A stretch of 64,000 nt of DNA from the human T2T-CHM13v2.0 reference genome, Homo sapiens, in the NCBI RefSeq assembly GCF_009914755.1, contig NC_060941.1; one strand, given 5' to 3'. How positions within the stretch are numbered: position 1 is the stretch's first letter; every line of letters begins with the position of its first letter. The position numbers and the translations under genes were made by a program. Shown piece by piece: positions 30,024 to 46,702 of this stretch. A model generated the notes under the pieces. It was not told the origin of the DNA. It searched no databases and saw nothing but the letters and a program-made list of their open reading frames with translations.

Positions 30024-30227
30024 GTCCAGCCGCCGCAGGGAATGACACCGGTGCTCCTACAGCCACGGCTCCGGGCGGGGAAGGCGAGCCCCACAGCCGG
30101 CCCTGCGACGCCCGCCTGGGCAGCACCGATAAGGAGCTGAAGGCAGGAGCCGCCGCCACGGGCAGCGCCCCCACAGCGCCAGGGACCCCCTGGCAGCGGG
30201 AGCCGCGGGTCGAGGTTATGGATCCAG
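30024..30227 (+). CDS. SPHK1: SPHK1 exon: N-terminal extension of the long isoform plus the ATG (30218, MDP) of the 384/398 aa isoforms
   Basis: Acceptor ...ccctCAG| at 30023 and donor G|GTTTGT at 30228. Reads GPAAAGNDTGAPTATAPGG...PRVEVMDP. Confidence 0.93.
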
Positions 30228-30557
30228 GTTTGTGGGGTTCCTGCTGGGAAGGGCTGTAGGGGGATTCCTGTTCCTCGCCAGGAATGATGGAACGCCCAGC
30301 TGGACGAAAGGGGCTGTGGACGATCGGGAGAAACATTATCCCTCACGAGGCCAGAAGCCGGCCGAATCTGAGCCAAGGAAGGGGGTGGCAGGGGCGCCGC
30401 GTCCCCACCCCAGGTCTCCCAGCAAAGGCCGCTCCTCTGGCCAGGGTCAATTACCGGGGTGTTTCGGGCACCAAGTTCCCACACTAGTGCCCCATTGTTA
30501 CCCGTGGCCCCCTAGTGGTCGGTTGCGGACGTGGCCTCTTTGGTTTTGTTTTCTCAG

Positions 30558-30710
30558 CGGGCGGCCCCCGGGGCGTGCTCCCGCGGCCCTGCCGCGTGCT
30601 GGTGCTGCTGAACCCGCGCGGCGGCAAGGGCAAGGCCTTGCAGCTCTTCCGGAGTCACGTGCAGCCCCTTTTGGCTGAGGCTGAAATCTCCTTCACGCTG
30701 ATGCTCACTG
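30558..30710 (+). CDS. SPHK1: SPHK1 exon (AGGPRGVLPRPCRVLVLLNPRGGKG...LMLT); alternative acceptor at 30516 adds 14 aa
   Basis: NPxGG nucleotide-binding motif of DAGK-type lipid kinases; AG/GT boundaries. Confidence 0.97.
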
Positions 30711-30793
30711 GTGAGTACCTCTCGGAGGGGGTTTCGGGAGCATCCCCTGGCAGGGGACCCCCCCAGTCCTGATAGCTGCCGGTCTCCCTGCAG

Positions 30794-30888
30794 AGCGGCG
30801 GAACCACGCGCGGGAGCTGGTGCGGTCGGAGGAGCTGGGCCGCTGGGACGCTCTGGTGGTCATGTCTGGAGACGGGCTGATGCACGAG
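30794..30888 (+). CDS. SPHK1: SPHK1 exon containing the SGDG motif
   Basis: Reads ERRNHARELVRSEELGRWDALVVMSGDGLMHE; AG/GT boundaries. Confidence 0.97.
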
Positions 30889-30965
30889 GTGAGGACCGCA
30901 CTGCGCGGCTAGGCCTGGGGCTTGGCGCGGTGCGTCCCAGGCTGAGGCCACGTGTGCTTCAACAG

Positions 30966-31081
30966 GTGGTGAACGGGCTCATGGAGCGGCCTGACTGGGA
31001 GACCGCCATCCAGAAGCCCCTGTGTAGCCTCCCAGCAGGCTCTGGCAACGCGCTGGCAGCTTCCTTGAACCATTATGCTGG
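30966..31081 (+). CDS. SPHK1: SPHK1 exon containing the GSGN motif
   Basis: Reads VVNGLMERPDWETAIQKPLCSLPAGSGNALAASLNHYAG; AG/GT boundaries. Confidence 0.97.
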
Positions 31082-31378
31082 GTGAGAGCCCAGGGCCAGA
31101 GTAGGCCTGTTTCCCGTCAGTGCTCCTCTACCGCGGGGGTTTTCTTGTCTAAGCTCCCATAGGCTGAGATCATTTCCATTTCCCCTTCTCCCTTAGTCCT
31201 GGGGCCCTCTCCTGGTGACCCCAGCTGACTGCTTCCATTTGCTCCATCTGTCACCTACCAGTCCTGCCAACTCCCCAGGGACCACATGGCGCTTTGCCAG
31301 CTCCCACTCCCCGGGAGGAGGAAGCGGGGGATACATGGGGGCTCCTGTCCTGCCTTATCTGACTTTTTCCCCCTGCAG

Positions 31379-32159
31379 CTATGAGCAGGTCACCAATGAA
31401 GACCTCCTGACCAACTGCACGCTATTGCTGTGCCGCCGGCTGCTGTCACCCATGAACCTGCTGTCTCTGCACACGGCTTCGGGGCTGCGCCTCTTCTCTG
31501 TGCTCAGCCTGGCCTGGGGCTTCATTGCTGATGTGGACCTAGAGAGTGAGAAGTATCGGCGTCTGGGGGAGATGCGCTTCACTCTGGGCACCTTCCTGCG
31601 TCTGGCAGCCCTGCGCACCTACCGCGGCCGACTGGCCTACCTCCCTGTAGGAAGAGTGGGTTCCAAGACACCTGCCTCCCCCGTTGTGGTCCAGCAGGGC
31701 CCGGTAGATGCACACCTTGTGCCACTGGAGGAGCCAGTGCCCTCTCACTGGACAGTGGTGCCCGACGAGGACTTTGTGCTAGTCCTGGCACTGCTGCACT
31801 CGCACCTGGGCAGTGAGATGTTTGCTGCACCCATGGGCCGCTGTGCAGCTGGCGTCATGCATCTGTTCTACGTGCGGGCGGGAGTGTCTCGTGCCATGCT
31901 GCTGCGCCTCTTCCTGGCCATGGAGAAGGGCAGGCATATGGAGTATGAATGCCCCTACTTGGTATATGTGCCCGTGGTCGCCTTCCGCTTGGAGCCCAAG
32001 GATGGGAAAGGTGTGTTTGCAGTGGATGGGGAATTGATGGTTAGCGAGGCCGTGCAGGGCCAGGTGCACCCAAACTACTTCTGGATGGTCAGCGGTTGCG
32101 TGGAGCCCCCGCCCAGCTGGAAGCCCCAGCAGATGCCACCGCCAGAAGAGCCCTTATGA
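31379..32159 (+). CDS. SPHK1: SPHK1 last coding exon (YEQVTNEDLL...VDGE...PPPEEPL*)
   Basis: Acceptor CAG at 31376-31378 and TGA at 32157-32159. From ATG 30218 the spliced CDS is 1155 nt = 384 aa. Confidence 0.98.
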
Positions 32160-32410
32160 CCCCTGGGCCGCGCTGTGCCTTAGTGTCTACTTGCAGGACC
32201 CTTCCTCCTTCCCTAGGGCTGCAGGGCCTGTCCACAGCTCCTGTGGGGGTGGAGGAGACTCCTCTGGAGAAGGGTGAGAAGGTGGAGGCTATGCTTTGGG
32301 GGGACAGGCCAGAATGAAGTCCTGGGTCAGGAGCCCAGCTGGCTGGGCCCAGCTGCCTATGTAAGGCCTTCTAGTTTGTTCTGAGACCCCCACCCCACGA
32401 ACCAAATCCA

Positions 32411-32416
32411 AATAAA
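32411..32416 (+). terminator. SPHK1: SPHK1 polyadenylation signal AATAAA
   Basis: First AATAAA, about 250 nt after the stop codon. Confidence 0.88.
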
Positions 32417-32779
32417 GTGACATTCCCAGCCTGCTCGTCCTGTCCTGGTGACTGGGGAGAGAATGGGTTCTCGTTCTGGCCGGGACTATAGAATTTAATG
32501 GTAATGATGGCCAATGGTGCCCCCTGGGATGGGCAATGGATTTTACTGGCCCCAGGCATAGTCATTCTGGTGGGGGACTCAGGACCAGAGCTGGTTCAGC
32601 CTAATGGTGGGGGGGCCTCTACCACCCTGATAATTATAGCACCTCCAACCTGAAGCAGCCTCAGAGCTCAGCCAGCTGCCTGACCACACACAGGATGCAG
32701 CTCGGAGCTGGCATGTCTCAGCCAGGGCCACACAAGCAGCTAGTCCCAGCAAATCTCATCAGAGCCCCATGTGGATTTA

Positions 32780-33466
<687 letters not shown>

Positions 33467-34120
33467 TATCTTACCTTTTTAAAAGGAGTCTGTCATCCAC
33501 CACAATGGTCTAGGGTTCTAGGGTTCTCCCAGCCTCCCTCAGCTGTCTCCTTTCCCTACCTGTCCCTGTGGAGGAGTGCCAGGCAGGAGTGGAAAGAATG
33601 TGGCAGGGAAGGATCCATCCAAGTCTAAACTGGGCAACCATTTTGGCTTAGCGTCCAGGAGTTGTGGCACCTGTCCACCGCCAGGTGCTATGACGTCGGC
33701 TCTCCCAGAACCTGGAAGGAGCTGAACTGGTCAGTTGTAGGTCTCTGGAGACTACAGCTGCTGGGAGGCTGCTCTAAGCTGGCTCCTGAGGGGCACACCA
33801 CCGGCCAGGAGGAGGCCAGAGGACTGCTCCAGGACAAGAAGTACAAAAGGCATGCAAGCAGGTCTGGCAGGCAGAGGGCAGTGTGGGCGGGTGGGGGTGC
33901 TGTTCACAGTGGCCCCCACCTGGCCAGGAAAGCCAGGACCCACTGCCACATGCCTTCCCTGGCAACAAACAAGGTCTTTCCTTCCCCAGGAAGGGTGTGT
34001 GTGAGGGACACAAAGGCAACGGAGCCCAGATGAATGGCAGAGGGAGGTTTAATGGTGTCACCTTGTCTTGCTAATGAGCCAACAAAAAAAAAAAAAAAAA
34101 AAAATGCAAGTAAAAAAAAG

Positions 34121-34126
34121 TTTAAT
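34121..34126 (-). terminator. UBE2O: Probable UBE2O polyadenylation signal ATTAAA (3' UTR about 1.4 kb)
   Basis: TTTAAT on the + strand, followed on the - strand by a long U-rich downstream tract. Confidence 0.7.
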
Positions 34127-35515
34127 CACACAGCACTTTATACAGATATCGTAAGCAGTAGGCATTCACATCTCCACATGTACAATGCACTGGGAAGCAC
34201 AGCCCCACCAGTCACTCCGGGTGTTTCTCAAACAAGATACCGACTCGGTTCCAAATGCCACGGTGTGTGGTCCGGCTCCATCCTCCCGCAGCTCTGCTGG
34301 CTGGGCGGTCACAGCACAGCACAGGTGTGGAGCCCACTTAAGGCTGACAAGACGCATCATGCTTTGGCTTTTTTTTTGTCTTTTTTTCTAATAAGAGTTA
34401 ATATCTTTGCTTTTGAGTTTTTTTTCCAACCTTAAATATTACATACATACACCAAAAATTACATAGCTGCAATGTGCTCAACAGCATCCTCTCGGCCTGG
34501 AGCTTCACATTATCAAAAGCTTAGAAAACTTGTAAACCTCTGGGCCTGTCTCTGGGCACTAGGAGAGCCCCCGCCGGCCGTCCCCTTCGGATTGAGCCTG
34601 CAGTTTGTAAGCGAAGGGCTGACAGTAGGCCTTCTAGTCCAAGAGAGGGCTGGCTCGCTTGGAGTTCAGTGAGCTGCACGCCTGTCCCAGTGTGACCATG
34701 TGATGGGGGAGGGGCCCTAGCACTTGCCCTGGCCTTGTGCAGCTGCTCTTGCCCCCAGCAGCCTCCGACAGAAGAGCAAGGCACCTATAGCTGTTGCTTT
34801 CCCTGCAGCTCCCTGGTCCTCAACTCCATGTGCATGTGTGAAGGCCACCACCTCTCCTGGGCGTCACCCGGAACCTAGCCTGGTCCCAACCTCTCTTAGA
34901 GAGCAAGTTCAACAGGCCTGAGGGCTATAACGTGGTCGACAGGCCATGTATAGCCGGGAGTCAGTGACAGCAGCTACAACTCCCAAGGGATAGTGTTGAC
35001 GCTGGAGGACTAGGGAGGACCTGGGTGGTGGTGGCAGCAGGAGGGTCTGGGACACAGGGAGGCTTGAGTTGAACTAAACAGGTTGAAAGGGACCAGGGGA
35101 ATTGTTGGCGCAACCCACACTTCATGCAAGGCACATGTGCTCTCCTGCGGGTCTGCAGGGAACCGGCCCAGAGAGCCCCGCGGCAGGCCCTGGAACACCC
35201 GCCTCTGACCTGAGAAGGGGCAGCAAGGGAGCAAGTGCCGGACATTCTGCTGGGGTGACAAATGGAAAATCGGCAACAGGGTTCCGATTTTCTTTGCCAC
35301 AGGGGACCCGCCTGTTGAAAGCTCGCTTCAAAATAGAAACGGCAGCATCTCAACACACTTCTTGCACTTCAGCATCAAACTCACCTTGGGGAGAAGAGGG
35401 CAGTGGGTTTGCAGTGGGGACAGAGGGGCATGGGAAGAGGGGTGATTCCGGGGGGGAGTGAGCAGGCGGCGGCTGGCCTCTCCCACGGTGATGCTCTTTC
35501 CTCTGTGCCTGGCAG

Positions 35516-36313
<798 letters not shown>

Positions 36314-36328
36314 TCAGCCCAACTGTAC

Positions 36329-36386
36329 CTTGGATGGAGATGAGCACCTGGAGAAGGCTGGACTTGCTTGTCCACCTCTCTGTCCC
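36329..36386 (-). CDS. UBE2O: UBE2O exon 17 ([19 protein letters not shown])
   Basis: 58 nt, AG/GT. Confidence 0.96.
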
Positions 36387-36482
36387 CTGAAACACACAGG
36401 GCACCATCAATTCTGTTCCCCAGGCCCCTATCCACCAGTGGCTCTTCCTCCTTCTTGGCTGGGGGCCTGGCCCTATACTCAC

Positions 36483-36686
36483 CTTTCCAATCCAGGTGCC
36501 CAGGAGGCTGACACACACCTTCCCATTGTCATACAGGTTGGGGTTCAGGCGGCCACTGCATTGGGAGAGGTAGCAGAAGTGGGGGGGCACGGCTGGGTAG
36601 ATGTTGGGGAGCTGGATGTCAAACAAGTAGAGGCCATCCTCGTAGGGGGTTCGAGTGGGGCCCTTGATGAGAGCTGAGAAGAGGTC
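36483..36686 (-). CDS. UBE2O: UBE2O exon 16, UBC core with catalytic Cys ([18 protein letters not shown]; codon 36513-36515, residue 1040)
   Basis: 204 nt; E2 motifs GPxxTPYEDG and NPN...GKVC. Confidence 0.98.
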
Positions 36687-36884
36687 CTAGGTAGGGAGGG
36701 AGGGAGGGAGGCCAAGGTTGGCAGGGGTGGAAGGGGGTGTCCTACATGTGGCATCTGCATCTGCACCTGCTCTTTCCCAGGACACTGTGCAGATCACGCA
36801 GGAAGAGCAGCACCTGGGACTCCAGATGCCACCAGCAGTGGAGAAGCTAAGGACAAATCTCTCTCTGCAGAACAGCCTGGAATC

Positions 36885-40066
<3,182 letters not shown>

Positions 40067-40206
40067 GAGAAAGTAATTTTTTAAAGGAGGGAGGAAAGAA
40101 AGAACCATCTGGCCTGGACACACGGCTGAGTCAGCCCTCACCTGACTGAGCCTGTGACCGCCCCTGTAAAAGGTGGGTGGGTGAGTGTCCTCGCAGGTGC
40201 CAGTCA

Positions 40207-40698
<492 letters not shown>

Positions 40699-40702
40699 TC
40701 AC

Positions 40703-41396
40703 AGGGTGCAAACTCCAGTACGGAGAAGACCTCGCCCTTGGCGCTGGTGAAGGTGACGCCAGGCTTGCCGCCACACTGCTGGCACAGCACCGGGGTTTCG
40801 CTGGGCCACTCAGCCTTCACAGGTGACTGCCCCTCGGGCTTGTCCTCCTTGCGCTCTACGTCGGGCACTGCTTCCATCTTCTCCTCCTCTACAATGGCCA
40901 CATTGTCCAGGGTCTTCTTGAGGTTTTCCTGTAGCTTCTTGATGTCATCCAGAAACTTCTTCTCCCGAGTTGGCTTCTCAGGCTCCACAGTCGGAGAGGT
41001 GGGCGAGCCCGTCAGCAGCTGCTCCACAGTCATGTTCTTGAGGCTCTCCAGGATCTTGATGGCCTCTTTCAACTCCCGGAAGCTCTTGGGTGGCCCGTCC
41101 TTGCCAGCCTTCTCCATCAGCCCGGCCATGGGGGCAGCCATGGCCACAGCCCCCTGGACGGCAGCTGTGGCTGCCTCTTCACTGATCACCACTCCCTTGT
41201 CCTCAGGGGCCACCGGCTGCTCCAGGGGTGGGATGGGGGGCTCCTCTATCTTGGGGTGCTCGTCCTCCACCAGCCCATTGTCCGTCTCCCAGCTGTCACT
41301 ATCATCTTCCCATTCATCCGAGGATGCCCCGCTGGTGCTGCCTTCTACCGAATCGTAGTCTGACTCCTCAATCTCAGACTCTATGTTGTACAAGTG
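40703..41396 (-). CDS. UBE2O: UBE2O exon 14 (acidic region, coiled coil, ...VLEFAP)
   Basis: 694 nt, AG/GT; lies within ORF 40551..41507. Confidence 0.96.
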
Positions 41397-42373
41397 CTGG
41401 GGGCAGAAGGGAAGTGCCAGGGTAAGCAGACAGGAAGTCACCTCCCCACCACTAAGGAGGAGCTCTGGGGATCCCTGATCCGCACAGCTGATGGCGACTG
41501 GGCTCATGAGGCCTTGGCAACCTCATTCCACCCTTTCCCTGACCTCTGCTCTGGCTTTTGCAGTCCCTAGGTCTCTGGGAGAGGCCCTTCACCTGTCCCA
41601 CCCTCCAGCTGGACCCAAAGCCCCAGCCAGTGGTCTGTTCCAGCCTCTCCTCCTGCTCTGTGCACTTCGTCAGCATCTGTCCAAGGCGTTAGGGGACCTT
41701 GGCAGGCCCAGTCCCACACCTGAAAAGCGCAGGGTCAGCTAATGATGCAGCCAAGGAGGCCTGTGTGGGGAGCTGGGAACATATGACAAGAGGGGACATG
41801 TAGAAGGGCCGACATATCCTGCTGCGTTCCCTGGAATGGCCGTTAAGGTGATGGGGCAAGCCATTCCCGCCCCCACTCCTGCCCCCTGTGTGGACCAGGA
41901 GAGGAGAGCTGGGCTGTGTGGCTCCAACCAGGAGGCGAGGGAAGGAGAGCCCGTGTAGCCCTTCTGCTCAGGACCCAGCAGGTGGGGCTAGAACTGGGTC
42001 GGCTCTCTCCTTTCTCTCCTTCTCTGTTAGAGCTTTCTAAAAAGGGTGGTAGGAAAGTCTCCATCTCCTTTTAGGAGGGAACTTGCATTCTTCGTAGCAT
42101 AGTGAGCTGACAATCCAGGAAAATCCTGGAGGTTTGTGAAAGTCTACATGCACCCAGAGATGGACGTGAAGAGATTGCTGGGAGAAGCGAGGCTGGTGGG
42201 CCAACTGCAGGCCTGCACCAAGGGCTGTGTGGAATGCCTGCCTTTCCCCTCACGCTTTCGCTGAGATCTCACCAGGAAGACCTGAGAGCCCATCTTCTGG
42301 CTACACGCCTGTGGCCCCCGGCCCAAGTTGCCATAGTCACAAGCTCAGCAGGGGGGTCTTGCCAGAGCCTCAC

Positions 42374-42463
42374 CTGGGGCAGGATGATGGTCTTTGAGTT
42401 GTCAGCCCACACCACCTCCACCTTGCTGCTGACGTCCACACGGGCCACCTGGCCCACCGATGG
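42374..42463 (-). CDS. UBE2O: UBE2O exon 13 (PSVGQVARVDVSSKVEVVWADNSKTIILPQ); CAGCAG tandem acceptor
   Basis: 90 nt, or 93 nt if the upstream CAG is used. Confidence 0.94.
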
Positions 42464-42829
42464 CTGCTGGGCAAAGGGGACAAAGTCAGGGGGCCCAGCT
42501 CAAGCTCCAGCTCCCCAGCCCCTCCTGTGCTCTGCAGTGACTGACATCATGCCCACCTGGCTTGTGACAAGGAACTTAGCTCCTCTGGTAAATGTAACCA
42601 GCGGCAGCTCAAGAAGCCTGACCCCAGAAGGGAGGCAGGGAAACAAGTCCTTCTGCAGCTGCTAGTGCTGAGCGGCAGCTTGACTCTGGGGCAGCTGCCC
42701 TTCTGAGGACACTGAGCCCAGAGGACTTTCAGGTCTTGTCTCCTAGAGCCACCTGGTGGCAGCATCAGGGACTGCAGCTGGTGCACAGGGCAGTGAGCAG
42801 CCATCCAGAACTTGAATTTGAAGGCGTAC

Positions 42830-42958
42830 CTCATCCTCCTTGTGAGGAGCCCCATCCTCAGTATTGCCGATGCGGATGACGATGTCAGTTGTACGGAACC
42901 TAAAGTCAGGGTGGTCAGCAATGTCGTAAACACTCACATCTTCCTCTTCTCCAATCAG
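42830..42958 (-). CDS. UBE2O: UBE2O exon 12 (LIGEEEDVSVYDIADHPDF...HKEDE)
   Basis: 129 nt, AG/GT. Confidence 0.96.
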
Positions 42959-43046
42959 CTGTGGCACAGGACAGGTTGTCATGAGCTAGGGGTCCTACAC
43001 CCAACCCCAGAGCCCACCTGAAGCAAGCAGTAGGGGCTGCACACAC

Positions 43047-43159
43047 CTCCACGTCGTCCCCACTCGGCCTCAGCTTGAACCACTTCACCATGCAGGTACG
43101 GCCGATGTGGTCCCCAGACTGTACCACACCGTAGACAGCAGGGTCTGGACAGCTCTGGA
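43047..43159 (-). CDS. UBE2O: UBE2O exon 11 (VQSCPDPAVYGVVQ...GDDVE)
   Basis: 113 nt, AG/GT. Confidence 0.96.
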
Positions 43160-43411
43160 CTAGGGAACCAGAGAAAGGGAAGTGACTAGCTAAGGGATCC
43201 CGGCTAAGGAGCCCACATCTCAAGCCAGTGCAGAGTGCAGAACCCTGACCTTCCCCCGTCTTGGAAGTGGTGAGACCCCTTCATGAGGGCAGTCCCCTTC
43301 TGGACCTCATTTTAGCTCTGACCCCAGATCCACTGCCCATTCTCCACAAGCCCCAACCCGGGCCCTCATTGGCGACCACCCTGCTGGCTGCCCTTCCAGA
43401 GCTGGCACTAC

Positions 43412-43566
43412 CTCGCTTATCTACCACGAAGTCTCCAGGGCAGAACTCGTTGTTGTCCAGGTGGTGCACAGGGAAGAGGTCGTTGGAGCGGATGTTGCAT
43501 TCCACGGAGCCATCCTGCCACATCACGTCGGCTGAGGTCATCGTGGTCACCACCTCCACTGCCACC
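43412..43566 (-). CDS. UBE2O: UBE2O exon 10 (VAVEVVTTMTSADVMWQDG...FVVDKR)
   Basis: 155 nt, AG/GT. Confidence 0.96.
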
Positions 43567-44023
43567 CTGCGGGTGCAGGCCAGTCAGCAGGCCATGCAAA
43601 CCCCACCCCCTCCGCGGAAAGGGCAGAGAGTCTTTCTGTCCCTTCCTGTCCCTGTGGGCTTGGTAACCTGAAACTCTGAATCCCAGGTTGGCAGGATGAG
43701 TCTCTGGTGCACAGGAAGCTCACCCAGGGTTCCAAGGCCACGCATTCTCTGAGAACAGGATCCACTTGGGAGAGCTCAGGCAAATGTGGTTCCAGAAGGC
43801 CAAGCTTAAGGCCACCACCATCCCACCCTCTGCACCACTCCTCAGTCTCTGCTTTCCACCAGGGCCTACCCCAGGCACCTACGTTGTCTCGGGTGGGAGC
43901 CCCGGAGCCACTACAAGGCATGCAGAGGTGTGTGTGCGAGCGCAGGCACGCACACCGAGGGGACGCGCACTCTGCCTGGCTTCACGCTGACGCCATTGGG
44001 GAGGGGCACAACTCTGAGTTTAC

Positions 44024-44496
44024 CTGTCCCCTGGCTTGAAGTCTCGAGTGATTTTATTCTTCTTCCTCTTGTGTTTGCGCTTTAAGTTCTTGATGGACAA
44101 GGGGATGCTCTTTTTGCGACTCGTGCCGCTGCCGCTCTGGGAGGAAGTGGTGGAGCTGGCAGAGGAGGTCACCGAACTGGTGTCGTCCGTGTCATCAGCA
44201 GCCTCATCATCTGCGTCCTGCTCTGCCGAGTGCAGCCTGTCATCTCTGCCTTCTTTTAGCAGGAATGGGGGCAGCTGCTCTCCTGCCTCGTGGGGCTCCT
44301 CTGCACCCTCGTCCTGCATCTCCACTGGACTGGCAGAGCCATCGGGCGTCTCCTCAGGGCTGGCAGACTCCGCTTCGCTCTTGGTTTTGGATTCCCCCTT
44401 CTTGTCTGGGTCTTCCATGGAATGGTCCCGGGAACACTGGGTGTCTGGGGAGCATGACATGATCCGCACAACCTGCTTCTTCAACAGGCGCTTCAC
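44024..44496 (-). CDS. UBE2O: UBE2O exon 9 (acidic/Ser-rich linker and basic NLS-like RKKSIPLSIKNLKRKHKRKKNK)
   Basis: 473 nt, AG/GT; lies within ORF 44020..44502. Confidence 0.96.
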
Positions 44497-44721
44497 CTGC
44501 AAGGGCGGAGCAGAGAGGACAGGGCTGTGAGGTGCACCTGGGCAGGCCTGGCCCTAGGCATCTCAGGCTGGGGGGATGACAGCTGTATACACCTGAGTAG
44601 CCGGCAAGGGTCATCAGGGCTGCCCCCCAAGGCCTAAAGCACAGACTGTCCTTCTTGGCCATGGAAATGGCTCAAGGCCAGTTCCTCAAATGCCCACCAA
44701 TCCCCAACCCCAAGGACATAC

Positions 44722-44872
44722 CTTCTTGGCCATAGAGCCCTCCCCCTGGGCGCAGTTTTTTTCTGGACATTCCCAGGCAATCTTGGCTGGCTCTACCTTG
44801 GCTGGGAAGACATACAGACAGCGCTCCCCAAGCTGCCGCTGAGCATGGTCAAAGCATCCGAGACGCTTCACC
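44722..44872 (-). CDS. UBE2O: UBE2O exon 8 (VKRLGCFDHAQRQLGE...SMAKK)
   Basis: 151 nt, AG/GT. Confidence 0.95.
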
Positions 44873-45015
44873 CTGGTTGGGGAAGAAGTGGGGGTGAGCT
44901 GGGCTGGACTCCTGGGAGGCCAGCAGTGTTCTTAAGCCTCCCCAGGCATGTGACCAGGGCCCAGAGCCCTGTCCCACGCGTGCCCCTGGGTTGCTGGCAG
45001 TAAGGGCATGCTTAC

Positions 45016-45125
45016 CTGCCTAGGTTTTCCTGGGTGATGACAGAGGGTGGGGGGCTGACGCTGTCCGTGCCCCCTGGACAGAAACTCTTGGTAATCCATG
45101 TAACTTTCAACTCTACAACCTGCAC
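45016..45125 (-). CDS. UBE2O: UBE2O exon 7 (VQVVELKVTWITKSF...ENLGR)
   Basis: 110 nt, AG/GT. Confidence 0.95.
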
Positions 45126-45585
45126 CTGGGGATGGCAGGTGGGACACGCCAGTCAGGGCAGGCTCTGACAGCACTCTCTTTAGCCAGCTGCCCAAAGCCC
45201 ACTTGACCTCCAGAGCAGGAAACTGATCTTCCTAGTGCAGCACCAAGTACAGACACATCAGAGCAGGCCCCAACTGTAACCACGGCCCCCACCCAATGCC
45301 CAGGACCAGTGTCACTGCTCATACCAGCCAGGGGCCACTGGAACTGCCACTTGCCACCCTCCCACCTTGCTCAGCCTGTACAGGCTGGGCTGGGGCACAT
45401 CTGTCTTTTGGTCACTATGACCAGAGCCTGGGTTCCCTTTATCCCCAAAGCCCTTTGAGATCAACAGGGTCCAGATGCTGAGGAGCGGGGCTCAACCCTC
45501 AAGAGCAGGAAGGAAAGGGGCAGCAGCTCAGCTCCAGGGTGTGGAGGTCAAGGACTCCATCTCCTACCCTTGGGCCCGGACCCAC

Positions 45586-45729
45586 CTCTTCCACCACCAC
45601 TCGGAACTTGCTCTTGGTGCTGAGCACGGGCTTGACACCTGACAGCCACTGGACGCTGGAGAAGATCTTGGCAGGGCCAATGAGCACCTGGCCTGGGTAG
45701 AAGCCATAGGAATCATCGAAGAAGAGACC
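45586..45729 (-). CDS. UBE2O: UBE2O exon 6 (GLFFDDSYGFYPGQ...RVVVEE)
   Basis: 144 nt, AG/GT. Confidence 0.95.
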
Positions 45730-46167
45730 CTGCGGGATGTGGGGCCAAAGGAAAGTCCCCGTGAGCGGTGTCTCCATGGGTGACCATGCTCTCCACGCCT
45801 GTGCCCGCTGGCTGCCCACCTGCAGAAGCCCACTCACACACACGCCCCACACGCCCTAAAACAAGTCCTGTGGCTCCACATCAGCACTTCCCAAACCCTG
45901 GGTCCGCAGAGGTCATCTGGCGCCCTTGTTCAAACATAGGTGATGCATTCCATGCTCCTTGGTCAAGGGCTCATACTCTGAGGAATAAGACTCCAGAGAG
46001 CAGTGGTCCTGAAACCTGTTTGCTCACGCACCCCCTGTATATCTACTTGTTTGCTGTGTGTGTCCATGTACTATTGTAACTAACACATCATCCTGTACTG
46101 AGAGAGACAAAGTGGAACCTTAAAGGATGAGAAAAAAAAGCTACCAAAAATGCAAATAAAAGTTCTA

Positions 46168-46487
<320 letters not shown>

Positions 46488-46638
46488 CTATACCCAAACT
46501 TTTAGACCCTCTGGCGCGCACCCGCCCCTTTTCTAGGAAACCGCTCTGTTTAGCTGGGTCCAGGTCTTTGCTACGAAGTCCTCCTTCCAGAGGACTGAGC
46601 AATCAGAGAAGGGTGCTGGCCTGGATGGAGCACACTAC

Positions 46639-46702
46639 CGAGTCGCTGACGTGCGGGCAGACGTCGTAGAGCTTGGCGCCATCTTCCGTGTTCATGGAGC
46701 AC
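46639..46702 (-). CDS. UBE2O: UBE2O exon 5 (CSMNTEDGAKLYDVCPHVSDS)
   Basis: 64 nt, AG/GT, phase matches. Confidence 0.95.

Larger units (their letters stand above)
27500..31100. promoter_or_regulatory. Large CpG island containing the SPHK1 promoter/enhancer region
   Basis: Very high GC and CpG density without Alus. Contains GC boxes, CCAAT boxes (28201, 28434) and AP-1 sites TGAGTCA (27771) and TGACTCA (29780). Confidence 0.93.

Noticed and set aside
31082-31378. SPHK1 last intron is 297 nt (multiple of 3), suggesting in-frame retention
   Set aside because: Retention reads GGG TGA immediately, so it would truncate the protein.
40738-44530. Antisense ORFs of 206 aa and 164 aa on the + strand
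   Set aside because: Shadow frames of UBE2O exons 14 and 9.
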